From Podarcis tiliguerta (taxonomy: Eukaryota): a stretch of 64,000 nt of DNA. Below, piece by piece: positions 50,431-63,630 of the stretch. Location: assembly GCA_965153285.1 (NCBI GenBank), contig OZ229116.1. One strand, written 5' to 3'. The notes beneath the pieces are model-generated. The model was not told where the DNA came from, did no database searches, and worked only from the letters and a program-made list of their open reading frames with translations. The translations under genes were made by a program, and so were the position numbers. Each line of letters begins with the position of its first letter. Within the stretch, counting starts at the first letter, position 1.

Positions 50431-50770
50431 AAGGTAAAGGGACTCCTGACCATTAGGTTCAGTCGTGGCCGACTCTGGGGTTGCTGTGCTCATCTTGCTT
50501 TATTGGCCGAGAGAGCCAGTTTACAGCTTCCGGGTCATGTGGCCAGCATGACTATGCCACTTCTGGCGAACCAGAGCAGCGCGCAGAAACACCGTACCGG
50601 AGTGGTACCTATTTATCTACTTGCACTTTGAGGTGCTTTCGAACTGCTAGGTTGGCAGAAGCAGGGACCGAGCAACGGGAGCTCACCCCATCACGGGGAT
50701 TCGAACCACCGACCTTCTGATTGGCAAATCCTAGGCTCTGTGGTTTAACCCACAGTGCCACCTGCATCCC
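50431..50770 (-). mobile_element. Sauria (POM-type) SINE, full length
   Basis: A/B boxes on the minus strand; 13-bp TSD AAGCAACATTATA at 50418-30 and 50775-87. Confidence 0.95.
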
Positions 50771-50973
50771 TTCCAAGCAACATTATACTCACAAGTTATA
50801 GTCCGTCCACTATGGCTTTTGTCCCTGGAAAAGCTTTACCTATAGAACAAGGACCGTTCTCAGGGTGCATTCTATTCTCCAAACAATGCGCTGGTGTGTG
50901 ATATTGCACAAATATCTCATAACTTGTTGCCATTCAGTACTGAAAATTTCACAGTTGTGTATCATACAGTACT

Positions 50974-51759
50974 CATACCCTACAACATTTCTACAATGAA
51001 AATAGGGACGTCGTATTCCACAATAGTAATTTTTAGGAGTCTGAAGTGGGCCCTGGGGGGTAGAAGGTTCGAAAACTTCCCTGATCTGATATAATCCATA
51101 AATGTACACACATTTGTATCTGTTGTGGTGTCCCTAAGTACACAGACCCTATTTTCCAGGGACAATCCCAAATTTTAAAAAGCCGTCCTGGTTTCTGATT
51201 TGATCCTGGAATGTCCTGATTTTCCTTAGGACATCCCTATTTCCATCAGAGAAATGTTGGAGGGTATGGAGTTATCTGACCCCTAATCCAAGGAGATAAG
51301 TAACTATACAACTTTTAGAAGACATCTGAAAGTCAGCCCTGTATAGGGAAGTTTAAAAACAAAAAGTTTAATGAGAGTGTGAGCGAGAGTTTTGGAAGCC
51401 TCTCAGAGTGGCTGAGGAAACCCAGTCAGATGGGTGGCATATAAATACAGTGGTACCTCGGGTTAAGAACTTAATTCTTTCCGGAAGTCTGTTCTTAATC
51501 TGAAACTGTTCTTAACCTGAAGCACCACTTTAGCTAATGGGGCCTCCCGCTGTCACTGCACCGCCGCTGCATGATTTCTGTTCTCATCCTGAAGCAAAGT
51601 TTTTAACCCGAGGTACTATTTCTGGGTTAGCGGAGTCTGTAACCTGAAGCGTATGTAACCTGAAGCGTCTGTAACCCGAGGTACCACTGTAGTAAAATGG
51701 TTGCTGTAGTTGTGGAATGGGCCATCCCTATTTTCATCAGATAAATGTTGCAGGGTATG
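50974..51759. mobile_element. CATACCCT-ended DNA transposon derivative with two right ends and nested insertions
   Basis: Left TIR CATACCCTACAACATTTCTACAATGAAAATAGGGACG; inverted copies end at 51268 and 51759. Confidence 0.7.
51448..51689. mobile_element. Tigger-like MITE, AACCTGAAGC family, copy 5
   Basis: CAGTGGTACCTCGGGTTA TIRs; TA TSD; inserted in an L2-type tail (CAGAGTGGCTGAGGAAACCCAGTCAGATGGGTGGCATATAAA). Confidence 0.94.
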
Positions 51760-51861
51760 GTATACAGTTGGTTTCACAGTAATTTCTTTACAGAAGGTTC
51801 AGAGCCTGAGGTAGATCTATGTGGTCAGAAAGTTGGAAACTATTGAGGAGGGAGGGAGGGA

Positions 51862-51863
<2 letters not shown>

Positions 51864-51909
<46 letters not shown>
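51864..51909. repeat. (GA)n microsatellite
   Basis: Directly visible. Confidence 0.95.
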
Positions 51910-51912
<3 letters not shown>

Positions 51913-52993
51913 GTCACCTGAGAAATATAAAGGCTCCTCTGTGTGTTGCCTTTTCCCAGAATGTGTACTTGTATCTTGAATAAAGAAATAAGAAGAGGGG
52001 GGAGTACACTTAATTCAGTGGAAATACTTAATCCCTCTCTCTTAAGACATCTTCTGCAGCTGCAGGTATAGGCCCTTTCACTATAATCTTTAGCAGTGCA
52101 GAAGAAAGAGAGCCTTCAGGTGAAAGGTTACCTACATTTATAATGTCAGGCACTAAGGCTGGCAAGGTAAAAGGTAAATGGTAATTTTATCATTAGCGTG
52201 CCTGACCCTTTGGCCCCAACCATATCTCATGGGAGACGTTAAGAACAGCTCACCTGTCAAGATCCAAACACTTAAAGGTCAATGCGCACAAAAAAATCTT
52301 GGAGAGCTTACTACTGAATTGCTGACACCTTTTATTATCACCACTTAAATAAATGATTCAAGCGGCAAGACAAGGGAAAGACCAGCTTAAGGTCAAGATT
52401 TATGCCAGAAATTGTGGAGAGCTTTATTTTCCAAATCTACACACACATGTGTACACACACACGCACACACCATTAGAAAAAAAATTGGCTTTCCCGTCCT
52501 TTTGGAAATGTGAAATCAAATGAAGCAGGTTTCACATAATTCATGGGAGTTTCATTTTGCATTGTGCATTTGGCTCAAAGTCTTGAGTTAATGCAGGGTA
52601 AATTTCTGTGGGATTGAGATCCCCCAGTAATTAGGACTCTACCACTCAAGCAGGATAAAGATGTGTATTGAAAACTGACCTTTGTTTGGGGATAGAGAGT
52701 TGTCTTTCCACTTTTATTTTTTCTCATCCTAATTTAACCACTTGCTTTGGCACCCTTAGTTTTTTATAGTGGCCAAGAAGGAGCACTGCAATGCCAGCAA
52801 AATTCACATTAAAATGCCAGATTTTCAGTTCCGAGGAAGGGTAGTCTGTGATATAATGCCTTCCTCAGATTTATGATCGATTAGGAATTTTGATTAGCAC
52901 TTCCTTCATACAAACGCAACACGTTGATCACAGCACCAGGCCAGTTTTAAGACAGGAAATTGAGCAGGAAGTCTCTTGTTCAGAACTTTGCTC

Positions 52994-53105
52994 AGGAATA
53001 GCCAATATGGAGTCCTCCACATGTTGCTGGACTCCAGTTCTCATCAGCCCCAGCCAGCATGGCCCATGGTCAGGGATTATGGGAGCTGGAGTCCAAGAAC
53101 GAAGC
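52994..53105. mobile_element. Degenerate URR1-like hAT MITE
   Basis: ATGTTGCTGGACTCCAGTTCTCATCAGCCCC...GGGATTATGGGAGCTGGAGTCC hairpin. Confidence 0.6.
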
Positions 53106-56100
53106 ATTTGCTGGCTTGACTCTCCATGTATTTCCATGGTTTCGACTTCTTAAAAAACACACAGAAGTCAGGGGTTTGGGCAACCGAACTATGGGGTGGA
53201 GTCAGCAGCAATAAAATCGTGCCAAGTGAATTTTACCAGCTCCCCAGTCTCTGGCACCAATTACATGCCAGAATGTAGTTTTACATTACATTTACAATAA
53301 AATAACGGGCCATCGTCAAAAACACTTCTTCTGAAGTGTTTCTTCTGGGACCTGTTTGTCCCAGAAGGGCTCAGTTAGACTGGTAAAGAAATAGTGATTC
53401 ATATGCATTGTATGTGTGATATAGCATTGTGCCAACAGATGGAGATGTGGAGTCCCATTTTCTCTACCTGTTTCCCCTGTTTAAGTTTACAACGCTTTAA
53501 ATTGAAACACTTCTTTGATGTGTCTAGATCCAGCCTGTGTGTGAGCAAAGGAGGAGTTTGGCTTTACTTTTTAATCAAAGCCTTTCTGTTGTTGCTGAAG
53601 TTTGCCATTAACTCCATGGTAAACTTTTCATGGACTTCTAAAACAAGTGGATCAGCTCTCAGCTGCAATAATTAGAACCTAGAGGGGGAGAATCAGAGTT
53701 TTCTTTCCAAATGTTCCTTTTGTAGCGATGTCTCTTCTCTATGCTGTGTGGATTTTGATTCTTCTTTGTCATTTTTTTATAAAAAACAACAATCTCTAAT
53801 TGCTTCAGAACATGTAATTTTGATTTAAAGGCTATTTTGTCCCAGATGTACCATTGAATCATGCTCTTCATTACGGGAAGGCACTGCAAACTGAAGACAA
53901 CCAGGCAGGGTCTCACTGAGATGAACCAAAACAATTGGAAAAGAGGGAGGGGAGCCGTGGCAGGGGGTGTTGATCCTGACAAAAGCCCACAGGTGCTTTT
54001 CCTTTCCTCCCTTCTGAGTCGGAGTCAGCATGTTTAGATAATACAACTTCTCATTAAAGGCAGAGTGTGACTGGGGACAGCAAGGAGATTTCTGTGGCTT
54101 ACTCTCTGATCTGTAATAATGCTTCATTAGAAGAAATGCCCGTGTTTTCCACCTTGGTGAACAAAGGGTCATAACTGGGACAATTATGGGGGAATGCAGT
54201 TTTAGAAGAAGAAGTTTAGCGTAGCTGATAGCTCACTACCTACCAAAGGTGAGGTTTCTTTCCTGCCTCACATGAACTCCGCCTAGACTTATTGCAGCAC
54301 CGGGGCAGAAGTCCTCAAGTGCCTTTGCCATTCAACCCATCGTCATCATTGCTATTGCCATTATTGTTCCGCTGAAATCAAAGGCAGCCCATGCATCTCA
54401 GGGGAGAGCTGAGGTCACTAGCAATGGCCACTCTCTCGGAGAGCTTTGCTTGGCTCTCTGTAGTGAAATCCTAACAGCCCAATCTATGTCAAACCCAAAG
54501 TGTACCTTTCGCTGTCTCTTGCCCTAGGCAGTTTTACTATTTAGTTCACTGGAATGCAGGCTGCGGCTGTGGCTGACTGACTCAGGAAGACGTTTCTACC
54601 TATTTAACCAAGCTAGCCTAACGTCCTCTCTTCTATGGCAATGAATTCAAGTGGACTCAAGCAGTTGTAATATAAAAGGGAGATGGGGAAAAAATCAAGT
54701 CTTACTGCTCAAAAATATTAGGACCTGAACGCAGTGACCTTCTTTCTACCGTAGACCTGACCAAACATATAATTTTAAAGCTGGAAAGGAACGCTCCTGT
54801 CAGCACCATTTCAACAAAAGGAAGTAATTTCTCCTCAGGGCAGACTGTTTACTGGCTCTGGGGGATTTTGGCTCTGTCTTGAGCATGCAGTTTGGCTTAC
54901 TTGCTTAAGCCATCTAAAGTCACTTCCAGACAACCTGTTTGTCGAACATTCATCCTGAACTGTCTGCACAAAGTTTGCAGGGAGCTTAAACGATGATGTC
55001 TATTTACTGAGCATTCATTTCTGATTTGTTTGCAGGGAGGCTATATAATGTTGCACAAAAGAACATGCTTTCTAGTGTGCTTTCCTGTTTCTTTCCTTAT
55101 AGCAAAAAGTCTGATTTGGGGAGGAAGAAGATATGTTGAGCAAAAACTCCAAAGCAACTTTTTTGTGCAACCTGGATTTGCCAGTATGTGGTCAAATCTC
55201 AGCTGAAAACAGGGACAGTCTGGAAATGTACAGAGTATCTATTTGAGACTCGGAGACCCAAGTTTGAAAACAACAAGGCTCACTTACAATTTATTTACTT
55301 ATTCATTTATTTAGAATACTTTTTGTGGTTTTTCCATACATCCAAAAACCAAGACATTGCTGCCGCCGCCGCCCCAATCCATAACCTTAGATAACTCACA
55401 GGTTTCTGCAGAAGTATCTATTGATTTAATGTTTGCAAACCCTTTCCTTCTTCAGCCTACTGGCAATGCTTTGCTAAGGCGTGCCTAACACCAACAACAG
55501 CTGCTTTCTCTTTTTGTCGTCGTTTGTAGAAAACTGTCTTGTGGGGCAGCCAGTACCTTTGTGATTCTGCTTCTCCCAGCACAGTGAGTGAGCACTGGGG
55601 AGGTCAAGGAGGGCTTTGTATCCTGAACTTCCCCCGTGGCCAATGATTCCCTGGATAATAGCCGCAGTGTGGTCATTTGGAAAGTTCCACAGTTGGCATT
55701 TCCCTTTGCTTTGGGTTGGTTTGTCAAGCATAAAATTAAAACATTAAAAAGCTGATACCCTCTTCAGGAAGGGGGAAAAAATCTATTTTAATAACACTGC
55801 ATTTTTAAATGCATCATTAGAATATTTTGTTGCCGCTTCAGCTTTTAAAAAATTGTAGGGTGGTGTGTTGGTGATCCGTATCTCTGCTGAGCTATTTTCC
55901 TGGTCTCCATCTGCTGCTCCCTTTTGCTATATGTGACATGACCTTCAGACGCTATGATGAGGGTCTCAGGAGTAAAGGTGAAATAGTTTGACTAAGGAAT
56001 CCATAAGCCTGACAAACCTTGGGACTTGGATTTATGGCATTGTGTTGCCTGGTTGTATTGTGCTCTGCTGAACAAGATAGGAAATGATGGTATCCTTGCT

Positions 56101-56890
56101 GTAGTGCTATAACTTGGTCCGATTCCTGCATACTGAGGAACACCAGCCATTGGCAGTGCTATGGTTCCACTCAAAAGAAACTATTGCACTGTGTAGTTGT
56201 GACAAGCCACAGGCTGTCTGCAGGTGAAGAAGGGAAAGGGTGCACAAGAATGTCGAAGACTCTTGAACCACATCATAAATACCGTCATAGTAACCTCATT
56301 ATCCTAATGATGTTTTCCTGGTGTGCATTCACATGTTTTAAAGCGGGGGGGGGGGTATTCTTCATAAAAAATGATTGAAGCCTTTTCATAATACAATACA
56401 ATAAAAAGCAAACTAATCTAGATCAAAACAAAAAAGAAAGAAAGAGAAAATGAAAAGTTCCTCTCTCAAAAGTAGAGATGAACTAGGATTTCCATTTTCC
56501 CAAAAATGAAAATCCGGACAAAGTTGTTGAGCTTTTCCCATACATTTTGCTGATTCAACAAAAATCTGCCCGGACGCCATTTTGGCAGCCCATTTCTGCG
56601 TCTGGGTATGAGGATTAGATATGTGAACTGCTCTTTGTGTGTACACCATGTGCAATCCAATCTATATCCATATTTTGCATATACAGTTTACACACTCCTT
56701 TTTTGTGGTGCATGGACCACTCATGTGGAAGCATGCTCATTTATGGCATATCCCATATATGACATACTGATATGTTTTTTTGGCTAAGCACCAAGCTTGA
56801 TGTCAGCATCTGGTTAAAAAAAGGTGCATTTTTTGAAAAAACAATTTTTTTCCCCTGTAAAAAGATGAGTTTCTAATCTGTGGTGCACAT

Positions 56891-57291
56891 GTTGTTGTTG
56901 TTGTTTAGTCGTGTCCGACTCTTCGTGACCCCATGGACCAGAGCACACCAGTCACTTCTGTCTTTCACTGCCTCCCACAGTTTGGTCAAACTCATGTTTG
57001 TGGCTTCGAGAACACTGTCCATCCATCTCGTCCTCTGTGGTCCCCTTCTCCTTGTGCCCTCCATCTTTCCCAACATCAGGGTCTTTTCCAGGGAGTCTTA
57101 TCTTCTCATGAGGTGGCCAAAGTATTGGAGTCTCAGCTTCAGGATCTGTCCTTCCAGTGAGCACTCAGGGCTGATTTCCTTCAGAATGGATAGGTTTGAT
57201 CTTCTTAGAGTCCATGGGACTCTCAAGAGTCTCTTCCAGCACCATAATTCAAAAGCATCAATTCTTCGGCGATCAGCCTTCTTTATGGTCC
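56891..57291 (-). mobile_element. RTE Bov-B LINE 3' fragment
   Basis: Encodes IKKADRRRIDAFELWCWKRLLRVPW..MLGKMEGTRRRG..KSRTRL; tail appears as (TTG)n on the + strand. Confidence 0.95.
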
Positions 57292-58951
57292 TGAACACAA
57301 TTCATTAACATCATTCCTTGTCCTTTAGTCAGTTTATGGTCCTTCCCTTTTCACAGTGGATCTGTACTTCTGATGTGTTTGAACAACACAAATGGAGCCA
57401 CCGCAGTACATGCACATCAAATGTATTTTTTTATTTTATTTTCTGGAGCTACAACTTGTTTGTGAATGATTGTGCCATGTATTCAATGAAGGCTTGAAAG
57501 AAAACAGCTCGACCTTTACAAATGTATCTGTGATGAATGAATGGTGAAATCAGCTGAGTCAGTAATCATCGGCTGACTGTACAAAATACATATCGCTAGG
57601 AATTCAATAAATGGATCATTCAATAAATGATTTCAATAAGAAATCATTTCATATTATAAATGCTGCTCTGCATGCAGGGTATTGAATTCAGTCAAGATGA
57701 AGTCTGCAGCTAAATTATTCATTCGTTCATGGTTCGTGTAGATTTCTATTTTCTAGACACTTATATTGGGAGAAAGTGTATGCACTGTTGCTGTAATTAA
57801 AAAAAAAAATTCATGCCTTCAGCACCGGACAACATGTCATAAGACTTTGGGGGGAAAATCTAGGTCACAATTCAGCTGTGAGGTGTGCAGTAGCCCAGCC
57901 TGCACCTGCACAGCTCTTGCAAAATAGCAGCAATCACACTAATAGGTGTTTGATGGTGAGGAGGGGGCAAGCACATCTCTCAAGGCCCACTGAAACCCTC
58001 ATGACCAAGAGCCAAGCCTGATACTTTATGTTAGGTATGGAATGTATGTGCAGCAGGTGTGTAGACAGATGGTTTCTAAAGGGTCACCTGGCCTGTTGCT
58101 TCCAAAGGGTTAACTAGCTGCGTTTGCCCATCTGAGTCTAAAACGACACTGCCAGTGGCATTTTTCAGCCCAAGAGTGTGGATCTATTTAAGAAATTGTC
58201 TTCTAGTAATCCAGCCCCTTAGAGGCATTTTAGGTGATTACAGTCATCCCTTCTGTAATTTATATAATTATAGAAAATGCGATTCTTCTCAGTCATCGGT
58301 TTCATTTGTCTTACGCTGCCCAGACAGGAACAGAATAGAAATCAGAGATTTCATTTGTGCCACTGGTTATTATGTAGCTCTATCCAAATTTCCCTTAAGG
58401 TTTAACTAGACACATCAATCTCTCAAATTTACATCTCCTCGGAAGGGACGCTGCACTCTCAATTCCTTGCTTCTCATCTTAAAAACATTTCCGCAAGCCT
58501 CACATTCCAGATGGCTGAGGTATCTGCACTGTTTTGTGCAGTTAAGCTACAGTGAAGTTCATCACATAGTAGCAGCTCAAGTGGTCATCCATTAATTGTT
58601 TAAATTCCCCGACCGGTCATCAGTTTTTCTGACAGGGTTAGGGACCAAGATTTCAATCGCATATAGTGGCCTGGGGTTTGTCCACTTAACACCCCTCTAG
58701 GCAGGGCTGGCCCAAGACATTTTGGCACCTGAGGAGAAGAACAAAATGGTGCCCCTCTCTCCAGCAGGGAATAAGTGGAGAGTGAAAATGAACACCAGGA
58801 ACAAAGGGGGAATAAAGTTCTACATTGGGGTCCCCTACCCCTATGGATCCTGCTGCCTGAGGCAGTCGCCTCACCTTCCCTTTCAGTGTATTGTTACTGG
58901 GGCCATTTAGAACTTTTATTTGGTGGTTACAATTGTCCATCTCAATAAGGG

Positions 58952-59089
58952 CAGCCTTTCTCAACCTGTGGGTCCCCAGATGTTGTTGGACTACAACTCC
59001 CATCACCCCTAGCTAGCAAGGCCAGAGCTCAGGGATGATGGGAGTTGTAATCCAACAACATCTGGAGACCCACAGGGTGAGAACCGCTG
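58952..59089. mobile_element. URR1-like hAT-Charlie palindromic MITE
   Basis: Near-complete inverted repeat: CAACCTGTGGGTCCCCAGATGTTGTTGGACTACAACTCCCATC / GATGGGAGTTGTAATCCAACAACATCTGGAGACCCACAGG. Confidence 0.85.
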
Positions 59090-61400
59090 ATATAGGACAT
59101 AGCCTTTCCAGAGGATTTGCAATCACAACAGTTCCTGTGTCTTTATTAAACTATATTCCCCCCCCACACACATTTCAATTGATGTTTGCATACCCAAATA
59201 GACCCTGTTCTGTTGAAGATGTAGAGGCTCCTCATCTAATTATAGGCTCCTCATCTTTGCCTCCTATTATTTCTTCCTGTATCATTAATTTGCTCACATA
59301 TCACTCTTTTAACATGCTTCCAGGCAAGCAAGAAGCATTGTCAGAGTTCAAGGAAACACATGAGCCAGGCAAAACACTCATGGAGGACACCAAACGGTGA
59401 TGGTGTAGGGCATGGCCAGGAAAGAATAGATGGGCTGGAGAGGGATGTGGCCTGGGGAGAGTCCCAAGGGCCAGGTTGTGAGCCCTGGAGGGCCACATTG
59501 AGACCCAAAGCCAGAGGTTCCCCATCCCTGCTCTATTTTGTGGCATCACTCCCATTTGATTTCTTTTGAGGGCATTGTTGCCCATTAAACAAACAAGCTT
59601 CCTATTGCACCTTTCTAGATGTTCCGGTGGTACAACTTGGTCTCACCTACTCTGATTGTGCAGGGCTGTCATGTTGCCCTTTTGGTCTGGCTACATTTTC
59701 TCTCCTTTTATACCTGATTTTCACTGTGTCCACATTATCGAGTATATGGTAATATAGAGGGCAAGTAGACTAAAATCCAGCCATTGTTCCGTTGTGGTTT
59801 CGGGCATTCTTCCTTAGTTTTGCTAATGCATTGGCAAAGGTGAGACCAGCATGCAACTGAAGTTGATCTGACAGTTTTGTATGTTTTATGCCCGCAAATG
59901 TCCTGTCACTTATAGGCTCTTCTTTTCGTGTTTCCATAGTTACAACACTCAGCTAGTGAATAAAGGCTTCTGCAGTTTCCCCCTTGATCCTGGCACCTCT
60001 TGCTAAGTGTTGCTATTTCATATATGACCTTTCGTCTCCTGACAAAAGGCTTCTCAAAAAGCTCCTTTCACTTCTATGTAAATCTTTTTGGGTTTCTGCA
60101 GTGAGAGGTAGGCTGTGTAGGCAACAATACCATCTGCAGGGTCCCCTGGGGGGGGGGGTGAGAGCATTGAGTTGGTGGTCTGTTATCAGCACCAACCTGG
60201 AAACAATCCCACCCATCCCTCTCTCATCTCCTAATCCTGCTGGTCCAACTACTTGTTTTCAGAAAATCTTGGTAGATGTTGGGTTGTGCTATCCCTGATC
60301 ATGGGCCATTCTGGCTGCGGTTCATAGCATTTGGCACCCAACAAAATCTGGAGGAGACCACATTGGTTATCTATCCTTGGATGTATCCAGCATCCCCAGC
60401 ACTGAAGTGGGGGGGGGGTGAATGGAAACACTGAGCGCAACTTTGCGCAGAACAATCTGTGCAGAATAATCTGTGCAAAGTTTAAAAAGCAGCCTTTTCA
60501 GTCACCGCAGTGCAGCACTAAAGTGGGCGGTACAGGGAATAATTGTTGTATCTCTCTGTGTGCCTCACGTGTCAGGCTTCAGGGAATCTGCTCCCCGCCC
60601 CCCTCACGTCCAGCTTCCAGTAATGGAAAGACAAGAAGCTCTTACCAAGGTATTTTATTCAATATTCACAGAGAGAGACACAGGATGCCGTCTCAAGGAT
60701 AATGGCGTTGCTCTGAGCAATTCCCTCCCCGCTTTCTCTCTTAGTCGTCAGCAGCTCCAACCCCTTTACGGTAGATGCTCAAAGCCCTTTGTCTGTTCGC
60801 TTTCTGTTCTACCACTTTCATTGCCCTCCAGGGAGAAAGGGGATGGTCTGGAATGCCTTCTAATGATAGCATGTCAGCCAGCTGCTCCAACTCTGCTGTT
60901 CCACCCACCCACCGTCTTCTTCCATCATCTCCCAGCTTTGTCCCTCTTCTGTCTCAGATTCATGGCTTTCTGCAAACCACCATTGTAAATCTATACCATC
61001 CTCCTCTTCTCAAGAAGGTTCAGGAGGAGGGGGGTCAGTCTCCACCATTCTTCCTCAGTCCAGTCCCTGACAACATGTGTTCTGTGAGAACATTATGTTT
61101 TAGTGGGTACACATTTGCCCAGCCATGAACTTAAGCAACTTTTGTGGTGGATAACTGAATACATAAAAGCACACCTTAGTAAGCTGAAGCCAGTTTTTAT
61201 TCCTTTGCTTAAACACCTAATCTTTGTATTCTAGCCTTCTTCCTTCATTGTGCATCAAACTCAATTCATAATATACTTTTGGGGTTTAACTGAAACCGCT
61301 TTTCTTCCCCATCTGTACCCAGATACAATGTTTGCACAAAGTGAAGTGGTCACTGGTCTGCCACACCACAAAATACGTATGCGTCAATGGTGCACTAAAG

Positions 61401-61536
61401 CAGTGCTACCCAACCTTGGGCCTCCAGCTGTTTTTGGACTACAATTCCCATCATCCTTGACCACTGGTCTTGCTAGCGAGGGATGATGGGAGTTGTAGTC
61501 CAAAAACAGCTGGAGGCCCAAGGTTGGGGAACACTG
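61401..61536. mobile_element. URR1-like hAT-Charlie palindromic MITE, young
   Basis: About 55-bp near-perfect arms; perfect 8-bp TSD CACTAAAG at 61393-400 and 61537-44. Confidence 0.93.
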
Positions 61537-61568
61537 CACTAAAGGAGTAAATCCCTACGTTGGGTGTA

Positions 61569-61787
61569 CAGTGGAACCTCGAGTTGCGGACATAATCTGT
61601 CCCGGAGGCACATCCACAACTCAAAGTGTTCACATCCAGAAACGCTGCGTCTGTGCACACGCGTGGCACTTCTGAGCATGCACAAGCAGTGAAACCCATA
61701 AGTAACCTGTTCCGGTACTTCCAGGTTGCTGCAGGAAGGAAGACGGAAACATGCAACCTGAAGCGGACACAATATGAGGTATGACTG
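61569..61787. mobile_element. Tigger-like MITE (third family)
   Basis: Ends CAGTGGAACCTC / GAGGTATGACTG; TA on both sides; contains AACCTGAAGC. Confidence 0.75.
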
Positions 61788-63359
61788 TATTGGCTATTTG
61801 TGAGTTGATTTATTCATAGAACTATCTGCCATGTGTACATTGAAGCCATGCCCCAGGTGGGAGGAAGGGGCAATTTACATAGCTGAAAGGGAGCCCTTTC
61901 TAAAACTTCTCATGTTTGGTCCTCAGAAACAAACAAACTAAACCATGGAGGGCAAAATGGTTAATCCACTGAAGTCAATTTATTGAAGCTGAACCTGGCC
62001 CCAGGAAATTAGGGGTGCAGTTCATTCTCTAGAATCAGTTTAAGTTTTGAAAGTGCCTTTGATAGAGATCAGGCTTGCACTTTAGGTGTATTGTTAAAAA
62101 TTGGCGTCTTCCGGTGGAAAAAATAAGAGAAAACAAATGCTGCAGAGGCCATCCAGAACTGGATTGCTTTTCCTACTGACGTGCTCATTCCTGTTTACAT
62201 CAAAGAAAGAAAAATCTAGCGCAATCGAAAAGTTCAGTTGCTGCAGCATCCTGCAAAAAAAATAAGCTGGTTTATGCTTAAAGCCTTTCACTGGCCGTAA
62301 TCCTTTAAATCCCTTGCATGCCATAGCAAATTGAAATTCAGCTGGGGCTGTCCGGACTTGTAAAGACAAACCATCCTTCATCAAAGAGGCATCCATATTG
62401 ATAAATTGCTCCCTTCGTAGTCATGACACTATCTCTAAAAGTGATTTGTGTACATTAGCAGAGCAGTAAAAAGATGAAACGAAAAGCCCTTAAGAGTAAA
62501 CTTAGATGCAGAATGAAAATGATGACTTGTAGCAGTCAAGTGGCTCTTTATGGAATCAGATTTGGAAGGGAGAAAAAAAGAAAGACCATTCATTACAGCA
62601 TGTATAAAACAGAAGAACAATATACAGGGCAAAATGGACCCAGCTCTTAAGACCCAGCATGGGACTCCTTCTTGCGCTGTTCAAGATTATCATGGAGACA
62701 AAATTCATGAGGGCATAGATGCTAAACAAATGGAATAGATTCCTCAGGAGTCTGGTTGGAAGTAATTTGATCACAAGTGCACTTATTCCCTCTTGTTTGA
62801 GGGATGCAAAGGGAGCATAATCTTTGGAAATGACACTACTATAGGATTTCCACAGCAGTGCTGCCATTAGATACAATTTAGACTGGTGCCGATGTGCCTG
62901 GTTCCCAGTTTGGACTCCCTCGTGAGTTTTTCACATAGCATGGCTCCATCACGTGCTCTTATGCTGCTATGTTTGTTGTTTCTCAGGTCAGACGTGATGG
63001 TGGGCAGAATTCAATGAGGTGAAGCCACTTCTTTTAGCGCAAAGGGCAGGCTTCACCTTCCATGCTGCTCCAAAGAGTCTCTCAGACCTCGGGAATTGGC
63101 TTTTGGGAGGGAGAAGATGGGAAATCCCATTACACATGGAACTCTATTTACAATTCTTTGGATTCCCATCCTCTAGGTCCATTCAGCAAGTTTACGGATC
63201 ATTCCCTCATTCAAGGGAACTGTGGTTCACATAGAGGGGTAAGGATTTCCACACATATCTTTAGCATTCTCACCAAATAGTCATTCTAGGTTAAGTCATG
63301 ACTGTTAAGCAGGTGAAATATATGTTTGTTGTTTAGATTTATCCTCAGAGAGCCAAAAC

Positions 63360-63630
63360 TAGGGGTCAGGGGAAACTTGGGCTACCTAATTCACACTTTT
63401 GAAACAGTATGTGAAACGAAGCACAGCTATCATTTCAAATTCACACTTCCCCCGAATTTTGTAATTCAGTTTTCCAAGCAAATAATGTGTGTAAAAAATA
63501 CATACATTAGGGGAAAGGGTACATAAAAGTGTGTTTATTAATGAAAAATAACATAAAGATGAATTATATTAAGGAAATTAGTTTGCAAAATTGTGTCCAT
63601 TAGGCAAAATTGCATACATACATTTATACA
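63360..63630. mobile_element. Old AT-rich DNA transposon derivative related to 4917-5231
   Basis: Shared CATTAGGCAAA, AAAATAACATA and TATATTA(A/G)GA motifs. Confidence 0.45.

Noticed and set aside
60473-60988. 171-aa ORF
   Set aside because: Non-ATG start, low-information Leu/Ser/Pro composition, no recognisable domain or exon structure.
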